Assembly (NCBI GenBank): GCA_046482545.1
Contig: JAWOEX010000028.1
Location: 295,778 to 359,777, forward strand
DNA: 64,000 nt
Direction of reading: 5' to 3'
Source: Candidatus Thorarchaeota archaeon
Lineage (GTDB): Archaea > Asgardarchaeota > Thorarchaeia > Thorarchaeales > Thorarchaeaceae
Shown here piece by piece: positions 30,814-39,541 of this stretch. The notes under the pieces were generated by a model, which was not told the DNA's origin, searched no databases, and worked only from the letters and a program-made list of their open reading frames with translations. The stretch's first letter is position 1. Every line of letters starts with the position of its first letter. A program made the position numbers and the translations under genes.

Positions 30814-31378
30814 TCTACATATGACCTGTTTCTTACAGTTGTAGCAACTGCATGAAACTTCTGTGTTCCACCCTTCCCCTGCCAGCGTCGCCGCCCCCAA
30901 GGTTACCCAGTGGCTCCGTGAGTCAGCAGGGGCTTTGTCCGCGTTCACTGGAACAGGGTTCCTCCCGCGGTCTTGGCTTCTGTCTCCTGTCGTTGTCCCG
31001 GGTCATCACTCCCGGCAACAGCGAGGTCTTCCACAGTTCTTCCCACGGCGTGGTCATGATCACCCACCTCAGCTTTGTCGCCGTAGCTGAGAAGGTCCAT
31101 TACAGACAAGGTGAACAGCCGCGGACTCTCCGGAACCTGATGGAGTTCCTTTAGTGGAGAGTGGGGACTTCTGTTTAGAAGAGCCTGTCTTCCTTGCAGC
31201 TTTCGGCCGCGTGCGTCGTGTTACACCACTAGCCCACTTGCCTAGTCCTACTGGACCGGGATCCCGTACCAGGCCTAAAAAACTCCTCCCGCCTCGCGTC
31301 ACAATAGTGTTTGCAGGAAATTTTATAGTTATCTTACACTTTTCCACCCGGATCTTTGAGGTTTTTGTAAGATTTCTA
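30814..31378 (-). repeat. Dispersed non-coding element, copy A (longest; GC-rich foldable core)
   Basis: Shares the identical 22-mer CATATGACCTGTTTCTTACAGT and flanking similarity with 48055-48209; 31232-31378 aligns as reverse complement with 63821-63968. Confidence 0.85.
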
Positions 31379-32305
31379 TCCCTCCAGAAATACCGCTTTT
31401 ATGATGTCAATATCGAGTTTCTTGATTATGAGAAACAGGAGTGAGAAAATACCCGCGAACATCAGCATCGTGATTATCATAAGATTGGGATCAACAAAGG
31501 AAAAATCCGGACCTTGAGTCTCAGGTTCTAGGCCAAGCTTGAACCCTTCATTCACGAAATTGAGTATTGTGTGTGCAGAGATTGTCCCCAAGAGTGTTCT
31601 TCCCTTGGAAAACTTGTGGTAATAGAGCCCGAAGAAACCACCAATAACAGCGGAAAACAGCACAAGCTTTACTATCTCGATTATCAAAACTAATCCTTCT
31701 AGCCCATTTGCAAACGGCCAGCAGGCATGCCACACCCCGAAAATCAGAGACGAGAGCAAAATCGCCCGCCCGGGAGAAAGTATCTCCATGAAAGAATTCT
31801 GTAATAAGCCCCTGAAAAGGACCTCTTCAAAGACAGCATTAACGGAGAAGAACAAAACCGAATACATGAGTAATGGATAAGGAGCAATGTGAATGTTGAG
31901 GGGATACGTAGGATTGAGGAATACGGCATACAAAACAACACTCAACATGTCTATACCAAGAACAATAACAAGACCTATGATGGTTCCAGTGAGTAATTGA
32001 ATTTTCCAATCATGCCTTGAAATCCCCAGAACTGAACTTAAATCGGATTTCCTATAGAACCAGAAATAGCCTAGAATAATGATGAGTGGCCCAAGCTTTG
32101 ATGGCATCACATTGAACGTACTGCCACCAAGACCAAACACGAAAATATCCGCCAGTCTCCATATTGTGCCTATAGCTAGCATCATCCCAGCTACTCGGAC
32201 AAGACCAGGGTTAAGATGATCAGCTGGAGTGGTGTTTTCAACTGGACTGTTTCCGATAGTATTTGATTTCATTATTTCAACAACCTTGCACTCAGTTCTG
32301 TACAT
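31376..32305 (-). CDS. CPBP (CAAX/Abi) family intramembrane protease
   Basis: FEEVLFRG, FGVWH, AHTILN motifs. Confidence 0.9.
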   Translation of the reverse strand: MYRTECKVVEIMKSNTIGNSPVENTTPADHLNPGLVRVAGMMLAIGTIWRLADIFVFGLGGSTFNVMPSKLGPLIIILGYFWFYRKSDLSSVLGISRHDWKIQLLTGTIIGLVIVLGIDMLSVVLYAVFLNPTYPLNIHIAPYPLLMYSVLFFSVNAVFEEVLFRGLLQNSFMEILSPGRAILLSSLIFGVWHACWPFANGLEGLVLIIEIVKLVLFSAVIGGFFGLYYHKFSKGRTLLGTISAHTILNFVNEGFKLGLEPETQGPDFSFVDPNLMIITMLMFAGIFSLLFLIIKKLDIDIIKAVFLEG

Positions 32306-32542
32306 TCTGAGATTCTAAAGATGCAATTTAAACCGCTACATAGTAAGAAATGGGCTGATGCGTGCATAGACGATTGCCAATTTCATCATTATTAGCACAG
32401 GTAGTTTGATTTCGAATGATAGGTTGAGACGGCCTCTTGCACCTAATCAGTGCAGTGACTAACTGTTTTTCCTACGAGTTCCGGTGGATTACGTGAAACG
32501 CTTCAAATCTAGGAACAATTCTGGCCAACAAGTTACGAATAG

Positions 32543-33391
32543 ATGAGAAAGAACCATATTGGACACAATCTTAGAGAACAACAGTGTGGATTAGCATTGT
32601 CAGAATACGAGTTGAGCATTACGAGAGGGACTTTAACGAAGGAATTGAGCATCATTCAACGGGCTGAACAGGTAAGAGCCATCATATTCGACCTTCATCA
32701 TACCATAACTAAGACTCGAGAAAGCCCATCAGAACTCCTTCGGAGAATACTGTCCAAATTCGGCATAGAACCTTTTTCAATTTCAGACAGTGACCTGTAT
32801 GAAGCTCTCAAGTATATGGATAGATGGATGGTTCAATACCAAATCAATGAGAATGTAGATCCATACTGGGGCGGCAAAGCCAAGGACTGGCTTCAAGCAG
32901 ATAGGATTATGCTCCAGAGACTTGGATATGATTTTGGGAAAGAAAAGATTCTCCAAATAGAGCAAGAGTGGAAAAAGGAAACCAAGAGTACCGATTTCGA
33001 ATGGGTGATAGATGAAGCAGTTGATACTATCCGCGAGCTTCATTCGAGGGGGTATATCTTGGCGGTTGCTACTCGAAGACATGATAACCCAACAGCGAAG
33101 ATAGAACACGCGGGAATTGCTGATTACATATCCTGTATCGAGTGGAGTGGAGTCTCTGGCTATGCGAAACCTAATCCGTTCACTCTTCTTTCGGTGTCAA
33201 GGCAAATAGAAGTCAATCCTCGGCTCTGCGCGTATGTTGGCAACTGTGTTGACCTTGATGTTATCGCAGCTAAGCGAGCTGATATGGTGCCAATCCTGAC
33301 CATCTGGAAAAATCCAAAAGAAAAAGCTAAAGCCCCGGAGAAAACGATAGTCGTTGATTCAATAGGAGAGCTTACGGATCTATTTGAGTGA
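32543..33391 (+). CDS. HAD-superfamily hydrolase (start uncertain)
   Basis: IIFDLHHTI, AVAT, KP.P, YVGN...DV.AA. Confidence 0.8.
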   Translation: MRKNHIGHNLREQQCGLALSEYELSITRGTLTKELSIIQRAEQVRAIIFDLHHTITKTRESPSELLRRILSKFGIEPFSISDSDLYEALKYMDRWMVQYQINENVDPYWGGKAKDWLQADRIMLQRLGYDFGKEKILQIEQEWKKETKSTDFEWVIDEAVDTIRELHSRGYILAVATRRHDNPTAKIEHAGIADYISCIEWSGVSGYAKPNPFTLLSVSRQIEVNPRLCAYVGNCVDLDVIAAKRADMVPILTIWKNPKEKAKAPEKTIVVDSIGELTDLFE

Positions 33392-34696
33392 TGGTGATTC
33401 CTTTTCATCATCGTGTTGAGTATCATCGTTTGTTGGGGTCTTTACTTTTTGACGTATACCCCGAAAAACACCGAGAAGACTCTCTTTGAACGAACTTAGC
33501 AAACGTGTTGGCAGGACAATCAAGCCGAAGAGATTCCGTAGAATCTTATCCTTCATCGTTGCTCTTTCCGGATAAGCAATATACGCAAGAGTGTGTTCTT
33601 TCAGTATATCTTCAAGAGCTACAGCAAAAGCTTGTTTAGCGAGATTCGATAGATCCAATCCCTGGAAGATTCCCGAACGAGCAAACTCCTTTTTGTCGAT
33701 AACGCTTTTCCACTTGAGATACTCAGCCTTCTCGATAAGATCATTAAGTGCTGCTTGAAGTTCCTCTACGTATGGTAGAAGGGCCTTTTCCAGAGCGGTC
33801 GGAGTTGGTTCAGTCTTGAGATCTTCATAGACGAACCTTATGGCTCTCCGTTGGCGCCAAGGAGGGGTGAACCACAGCTCGTGCAAAAGCCCTTCAACTC
33901 TTCTCAGTGTCTCTTCATTGCGCCGCTCTATATGATCTGGAATGCGGTCCATAATAGCCTCCTGTGCAACACCTGCCACACCAGTATTGAGTCCCTTCCA
34001 TTTCCGCTCCAACTGAATAACCGCAGCTGCGTATCTGTTGAAATCGAAATCAAGAATTTGCTCAAGGTCTTCCATAGTGAGTAAATCAAATTCCTTCAGT
34101 CTGTACGTCTTGTGTCCTCCAGCTAGCCGCCATATGAACTGAACTAAAGCTAAAACGTCATCATCTGCTGATGGTAGCTCAAGACGTAATGCGTGATCAC
34201 CGGGTTGAGCTACTAGATAGCACGACTCGAGAATCTCTCTTATACTGTTATAGCCACCCAAATCAGTAGGGAATAGGTCCACCATACCATGTCCTGTTGT
34301 AGACCAGACCTTGAGATGGTTAGTCTCTACATCTCTCTCGATGATTACTCTCTCCTTGTCTCCCAGATGGTCAAACTGCTCCGTCAAACCCTTGCTATAT
34401 GCCATGACTGCATACACTACATAGCGTTCTTTTCCTTCCTCAATACCCGGAAGACGCAAAACCAAACCTATGGTGTCTAAAGGTTCCCCACTTGAGAGCC
34501 ACTCACCTGTAGCCTGATCCCATTCCCACCTATCCCCTAGCTCATAGAAAACCTCCCGCAGCCGTGAAAGATCCTCAGCGGCTTTTGCCTTCTCGAGTGT
34601 GCGAGTCGCCCATGTCTCATAGTCCCGCTTCATCTTCTCCATGCTGCTTTGTTCCACAGATAGCCACTTTTGCTCTATTTTGAGCTTGACTTTCAT
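33380..34696 (-). CDS. Hypothetical protein (438 aa)
   Basis: Long ORF with an AGAGGTG SD-like site upstream; no motif recognised. Confidence 0.75.
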   Translation of the reverse strand: MKVKLKIEQKWLSVEQSSMEKMKRDYETWATRTLEKAKAAEDLSRLREVFYELGDRWEWDQATGEWLSSGEPLDTIGLVLRLPGIEEGKERYVVYAVMAYSKGLTEQFDHLGDKERVIIERDVETNHLKVWSTTGHGMVDLFPTDLGGYNSIREILESCYLVAQPGDHALRLELPSADDDVLALVQFIWRLAGGHKTYRLKEFDLLTMEDLEQILDFDFNRYAAAVIQLERKWKGLNTGVAGVAQEAIMDRIPDHIERRNEETLRRVEGLLHELWFTPPWRQRRAIRFVYEDLKTEPTPTALEKALLPYVEELQAALNDLIEKAEYLKWKSVIDKKEFARSGIFQGLDLSNLAKQAFAVALEDILKEHTLAYIAYPERATMKDKILRNLFGLIVLPTRLLSSFKESLLGVFRGIRQKVKTPTNDDTQHDDEKESPSLK

Positions 34697-34829
34697 TTTG
34701 GCACCTCTAGCTATTGAGCCATAAACAGTAGTGTTAGCCTTTTTTGGATTTTGGGTATCTTTTGAATAGCTTACGTTATGTGTCCATTATATCTCCTATG
34801 TTGCGGAAGGCATGATTTGATGAACAGGA

Positions 34830-35885
34830 TTAGGCAGATTTGTACCTCGATAGGAGTTCGCCAAGTGTATGTTTAAGTAGCAACCGGTCATTATGAATTC
34901 TCTCTGGATCCACAGTGATTCTCCAAGAGTGTTTAATGCTAAAATCGCTCACTTCTCGGTGCAAATAAACCAAATCACATTCATCCGAATCAGAAATTTC
35001 GAGCCTCCACCCTTCATGGCGCATTCTGCTTGAAAGGTCATAATTGGCCAAACCAGAAGCATCTTCACATTGAAGCTCAAATGCTTCATCGGAATCTGTA
35101 GAGACGCCGAAATGATACATCCCTAGCAGCGAGTCACAGGGCTGTTGCTCAAAAACGTATCCAAAATCGTATATTAACCAATCATTGTTTTGCTGTATCC
35201 ACGTCAGGATGGGAGAGCCGTTTAGAGAGAGTTCCATGTCTTCTAGATGTTCTATCGTAGCAGATACATAGTACTCCAGAGCAACCAAACCTTCTATCAG
35301 TTTAATACGAGGATGAGTAAGATAGCTCTTAGCATAGACCATTGCAAAAACTAAACCAAACACAAAGGGAGTCATAGCTATAACCCAATATCCAGCCCCG
35401 AATACAGAATCAATAATTAAAGACGAAACTGAGTACGTTATCACCACGAACCAAGCTACGTCTCTGTAATCATCTCTTTGGACAGAAGCCAGCGAGGCAA
35501 CATGGTGATTAGCTTCTTCGAAAATCGTATGAATATCATTTAGAGTAGATTTCTCCATCTTCAATTGGGCACCAGTACTTCTTGGCCTTGGATCGACAAA
35601 GTGAAGGCTCTCACTACCTGTTTCACCCGCTAGGTGGTACGCTCTTGCCCCTATCAGACCAAATAGCAAATTGCAGGTCACGAGAATTATCAGCTCGAGC
35701 GAATTCTGCAATATAGATTGAATCCATGAGAGAATAAGGGTGTATATTGCCAAGACGAAAACTGTGATGATGGCAACTCGCAGATGATACTTACGTACAT
35801 CCCGGAAATCAACTTGGATAGCTCCGCGGTATTCAAACTTAGGCTTCTCAACCCATTTCACATGAAGTTCTGCCACTCTTGCCAT
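34830..35885 (-). CDS. Hypothetical membrane protein (4 TM plus soluble C-terminus)
   Basis: Long ORF with two pairs of hydrophobic helices. Confidence 0.7.
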   Translation of the reverse strand: MARVAELHVKWVEKPKFEYRGAIQVDFRDVRKYHLRVAIITVFVLAIYTLILSWIQSILQNSLELIILVTCNLLFGLIGARAYHLAGETGSESLHFVDPRPRSTGAQLKMEKSTLNDIHTIFEEANHHVASLASVQRDDYRDVAWFVVITYSVSSLIIDSVFGAGYWVIAMTPFVFGLVFAMVYAKSYLTHPRIKLIEGLVALEYYVSATIEHLEDMELSLNGSPILTWIQQNNDWLIYDFGYVFEQQPCDSLLGMYHFGVSTDSDEAFELQCEDASGLANYDLSSRMRHEGWRLEISDSDECDLVYLHREVSDFSIKHSWRITVDPERIHNDRLLLKHTLGELLSRYKSA

Positions 35886-36434
35886 CTCCGGGAGCGATTA
35901 GATTCAAGTAAGATTCAAAATGATTCAAGCATATCAAGTTGTTCCAGCAGATATAATTCATATTGTTTAACTCCATTATTTTGGTAAGTTTCGGTTGGAT
36001 TAAGCCTTGTATGAGAATGCCATCTTCCTTGAAGTTGCGGAACTTGTCATTGGGATATACTCCAAAGCAAAAACCAGTTCATCGAGAAGGCAAGGACCCT
36101 TGGCTATTGCGGTCTGTTCGTTTCTGATGGCAGGAAGAAGAGTGCTATACCCTTCACTTCAAGCCCATGACGAAAGATCCATACTGCATTGCAAACGGTT
36201 GACTACCTAGCTATTGCTGTAATCATACGGTAGGATATGAAGATGGTTCGTCCAAGTGTTGAAGCCCGTATTGAAATGGTGAAATCGGGGGTGTTGAAGC
36301 TTACCTATGCTCTTCCGTTTGTCTTACTTATGGGGAAGTCTCCTCGTCTTTCTTGCTGCTATGCGAATTTAGATGACAAATCTTCGCTGCACTGGGTACG
36401 AAGACAGCGAGTCAAGCGTCTAGCTGGATGAGTA

Positions 36435-36833
36435 TTAGTCCAAGAAGAAAACTTCTGCGAGGCCCTCCCTTGCCACCACACGAATCCCCATGCCATTCTC
36501 CAGCACTTCGGTAGCGTCATCTACCTTCACCACAGCAATCGCTCCACGTGCATATCCACAGGCAGCGAATTCGCTTATTGGGCTTCCAAATTCTGCTAGA
36601 ACTGCACCAACCCGAGAGAAGAGGCGATCAACGTCACCAGGACAATTTCTAAAATGAGTAGAAAGATCTAATGCAAGGACCGCTATTTCGTTGGATCCCC
36701 ATTGTCTCCCCAGCTGATCCGGTTTTGTGGCGATTACTACCTGACCTGTCGTCATCCCATTCCTTCCGACGTTGGTTCCCTTGAGGATTGGAAACAATGC
36801 TTCTTTACCGTCACTGCTCTTCTTGGTGGGCAA
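36435..36833 (-). CDS. Stand-alone PEP-utilising enzyme mobile (swivel) domain lacking the phospho-His
   Basis: GAVLAEFGSPISEFAACGYARGAIAVVKVDDATEVLENG aligns without gaps to the GGxTSHAAIxxRELGIPAVVG...ATEVLKDG consensus. Confidence 0.75.
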   Translation of the reverse strand: MPTKKSSDGKEALFPILKGTNVGRNGMTTGQVVIATKPDQLGRQWGSNEIAVLALDLSTHFRNCPGDVDRLFSRVGAVLAEFGSPISEFAACGYARGAIAVVKVDDATEVLENGMGIRVVAREGLAEVFFLD

Positions 36834-36966
36834 TATGTTGTCTCCTCAGAACTGTACAGTGTTTTGTATGTCAATATACCGGATGCCCTATAAGATTTGT
36901 TCGTTGAAGGACCAACCTGCAAGCTAATAACGAAGAGTCAATCTAAGAAATAGAGAGGCAATTGAT

Positions 36967-37491
36967 TTGGCAATCTACCAGTTTGAGGACAGGAAACCCA
37001 AAATCGGAGAGAGTACTTACGTCAGCAAATCTGCATCAGTCATAGGCAAGGTGACACTTGGTGCACAATGCTACGTTGCTCCGGGAGCGATTGTTAAAGG
37101 CGATTATGGTGAAGTGGTAATCGGTTCAGGAACAAGTGTTCAGGACAACGTAGTAATTCATGCTAGACCGAATGAAGTGACTACAGTAGGTTCTCGCGTA
37201 ACGCTGGGGCACAGCTGCATCATTCACAATGCAACAGTGGAAGATGAAGCAGTTATTGGGATGGGAGCTATAGTATCAGACTATGCTACAATTGGTCGTT
37301 GGGCAGTTGTGGCGGAGGGAGCAGTAGTGAAGGCGCGAGATAACGTACCAGCAGAAAAAGTTGTAGGTGGAATCCCAGCGAAAGTCATAGCTCACTTAAG
37401 GGAAAATCACAAGGAGGAACTCGATCACTTTAAGGACAAGTACATTGAGATGGCCAAGAGATATCATTCTGGGCTCACACTAATTGATTAA
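36967..37491 (+). CDS. Gamma carbonic anhydrase family protein
   Basis: Hexapeptide repeats, VQDNVVIH, TLGHSCIIH. Confidence 0.93.
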   Translation: MAIYQFEDRKPKIGESTYVSKSASVIGKVTLGAQCYVAPGAIVKGDYGEVVIGSGTSVQDNVVIHARPNEVTTVGSRVTLGHSCIIHNATVEDEAVIGMGAIVSDYATIGRWAVVAEGAVVKARDNVPAEKVVGGIPAKVIAHLRENHKEELDHFKDKYIEMAKRYHSGLTLID

Positions 37492-37503
37492 ACCAGCAGT
37501 GGG

Positions 37504-38259
37504 TCATTGGGATATCATCTTATCCCGGTTGAATCTTCCAAGGGCCAAGAGCCAGCCAACCAGTAAGATAGCTACTGCCACCAGCAGCGTGATAATGTTA
37601 ACCAACCATACGAATGCAGGTTGTGGAATTCCCTCGGTCAGGGTCGCCATTGGCAGCATCATTGGTAGCATGAAGAATAGAATGAGCGCAGATGACACTT
37701 GGTAAGCTTCATAGACCCGAGACACTCTCCCACTCACTATAATCATCACAGCAATCACTGCAAAAATCATCACCACACCAGAGGTTCCGATGAGAAAAAG
37801 GCCAGGTAAATCAGGAATAAATAGCAATGATTTACCAGCAATAAGCAATAGGATGTTCGGAACGGCAAGCGTAATTATGGTGGAACCAGCTAAGATGACC
37901 AGGCTAGGTACAGCCGAAGCAAGTATCTTGCCCCATAGCAGTTCCATATCCGTAAGGGGTGTACATAGAAGAGGTTCGAGTGTGTTTTGCTCACGTTCCC
38001 CAACAAGAGAATTTGCTGATATCAGAGTCGCAGGTACAATCGCAAAAAGGGCTAGAAAGGACGAAATGAAAGGAGACAACATAGCACTAACAAAAGGCAC
38101 TTCTGATGCAGGGATTGCGAAGGCTAATCCTAGAATAGATGCTATGGTTATGATAGGACCAAATGCTGCACTCATTATGAGACCATATTTCACCATACCA
38201 ACATTCATAGCCATCTTTAAATCAGTCGAAGCTATAATTAGTGGCTTGCTCCAGTTCAT
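37504..38259 (-). CDS. ABC-2 type transporter permease
   Basis: SLVGEREQNTLEPLLCTP...LLWGK motif. Confidence 0.9.
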   Translation of the reverse strand: MNWSKPLIIASTDLKMAMNVGMVKYGLIMSAAFGPIITIASILGLAFAIPASEVPFVSAMLSPFISSFLALFAIVPATLISANSLVGEREQNTLEPLLCTPLTDMELLWGKILASAVPSLVILAGSTIITLAVPNILLLIAGKSLLFIPDLPGLFLIGTSGVVMIFAVIAVMIIVSGRVSRVYEAYQVSSALILFFMLPMMLPMATLTEGIPQPAFVWLVNIITLLVAVAILLVGWLLALGRFNRDKMISQ

Positions 38260-39224
38260 TGTGCCGAATCCTCCTTGAGAACACTGAGATATAGGTCTTC
38301 AAGCGTGGTTTCTTCTTCCGCTAGTTCAACCACTTCAATTCCCTCGTCCAAAAGAAAACGTAACAGAACGGGATTATTCTTTTGAGGAGTATCTATTTCT
38401 ACTACAACGGAATTGCCTTGTTGTTCCACAGAATGAACGAAATCAAGCCGCCGCACAAGCTCATCTATACGCTGTGTTCCAGCAGCTACTATGCGGTATT
38501 TCTGTGTCCGTTGCAATCGCTTTCTAAGTTCCTTTGTCTTACCTGAGACCAGTATCTTACCTTCATCAATTATCGCAATATAATCACAAATCCTCTCAAC
38601 TTCAGCAAGATTGTGCGAGTTTATGAGAAACGTTTGCCCATATTCGTTAGATAGATTTAGGATGAGTTTTCGAACACGCCTTGCTGCTATTGGGTCGAGA
38701 GAAGATGTCGGTTCATCGAGTAGGAGAACATCGGGCTCGTGTACAAGAGCCCGGCACAGGGCCAATCGCTGCCGATTTCCGGTACTCAATTTTCCAGCCG
38801 AGTCATCTTTTCGTTCCCAAAGCTCCATGAATTGAAGGAGCTCCTTTATCCGGTCATTAGCCTCATCCTCTTCAATTCCGTAGAGGCGAGCAAAATACAT
38901 CAAATTGTCATATGCGGAAAGTGTTTCGTAATGTGTATGATTCGCTTCCTCGGGCAGTACACCGGTGATTTGACGCACATGTACCGGTTCTGATATGATA
39001 TCATGGCCACATACGGAAGCAGAACCATTGTCGGGCTTCAACAATGTGCAGAGAAGTCGAACCGTTGTACTCTTTCCTGCACCATTGGGACCAAGCAGGC
39101 CAAACACACTCCCCTGTGGAATCTCGATGTTTACCGCATTGACAGCAACCAAGGCGCCAAATGTCTTTGTGAGGTCATCGGTTACGATATCATTCTCTTC
39201 AGGCATAGCAAAATCCCCCTTCAC
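38256..39224 (-). CDS. ABC transporter ATP-binding protein
   Basis: GPNGAGKST, LSTG, LLLDEPT, SH. Confidence 0.95.
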   Translation of the reverse strand: MKGDFAMPEENDIVTDDLTKTFGALVAVNAVNIEIPQGSVFGLLGPNGAGKSTTVRLLCTLLKPDNGSASVCGHDIISEPVHVRQITGVLPEEANHTHYETLSAYDNLMYFARLYGIEEDEANDRIKELLQFMELWERKDDSAGKLSTGNRQRLALCRALVHEPDVLLLDEPTSSLDPIAARRVRKLILNLSNEYGQTFLINSHNLAEVERICDYIAIIDEGKILVSGKTKELRKRLQRTQKYRIVAAGTQRIDELVRRLDFVHSVEQQGNSVVVEIDTPQKNNPVLLRFLLDEGIEVVELAEEETTLEDLYLSVLKEDSAQ

Positions 39225-39245
39225 TTTTCTTGCGTTTATTCGGCC

Positions 39246-39500
39246 TTAATCCTTAGATATGACTTTCTCCACGACAGAAGTTGTAGTCTCTTTTATTCCG
39301 GGTATCTGAGCAATCTTGTGTACTGTAATCTCGTACAGCTCCTCCAAATCCTTTACATCCAACAGTAGCACAATGTCATATTCACCAGTTGTAACTGAAA
39401 TGCGTCTTGCTTGATCTATTTCTCTAAGCTTCTCTACTACTTCATCAGTTTCACCGATTTCGATATCCATCAGGACGTATGCGCCAATTCCTTTCATCAT
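39246..39500 (-). CDS. Stand-alone Lrp/AsnC ligand-binding (RAM) domain protein
   Basis: AYVLM...TTGEYDIVL...IPGIKETTT; no HTH. Confidence 0.9.
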   Translation of the reverse strand: MMKGIGAYVLMDIEIGETDEVVEKLREIDQARRISVTTGEYDIVLLLDVKDLEELYEITVHKIAQIPGIKETTTSVVEKVISKD

Positions 39501-39541
39501 GACTAAGCTCTCCTATTCACTTCTATTTAAACCCTAAAATC

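Noticed and set aside
30814-31378. Element A as SRP RNA or RNase P RNA (fragments GUGGGCUAG, UGUAAC, CAGGUUCCGGAG, GAAGUCCCC)
   Set aside because: No complete SRP helix 8 (GGAA loop with AGCAG) and no RNase P P4 pairing; multiple diverged and deleted copies do not fit a single-copy housekeeping RNA.
30852-31444. Short ORFs (100, 75, 92 and 96 aa) inside element A, and ORF 63735-63971
   Set aside because: Starts and stops are not shared between copies, substitutions look neutral, and no motifs are recognisable.
35890-36430. Possible decayed gene in this ORF-poor gap
   Set aside because: Only short ORFs with no recognisable homology; cannot be supported by eye.
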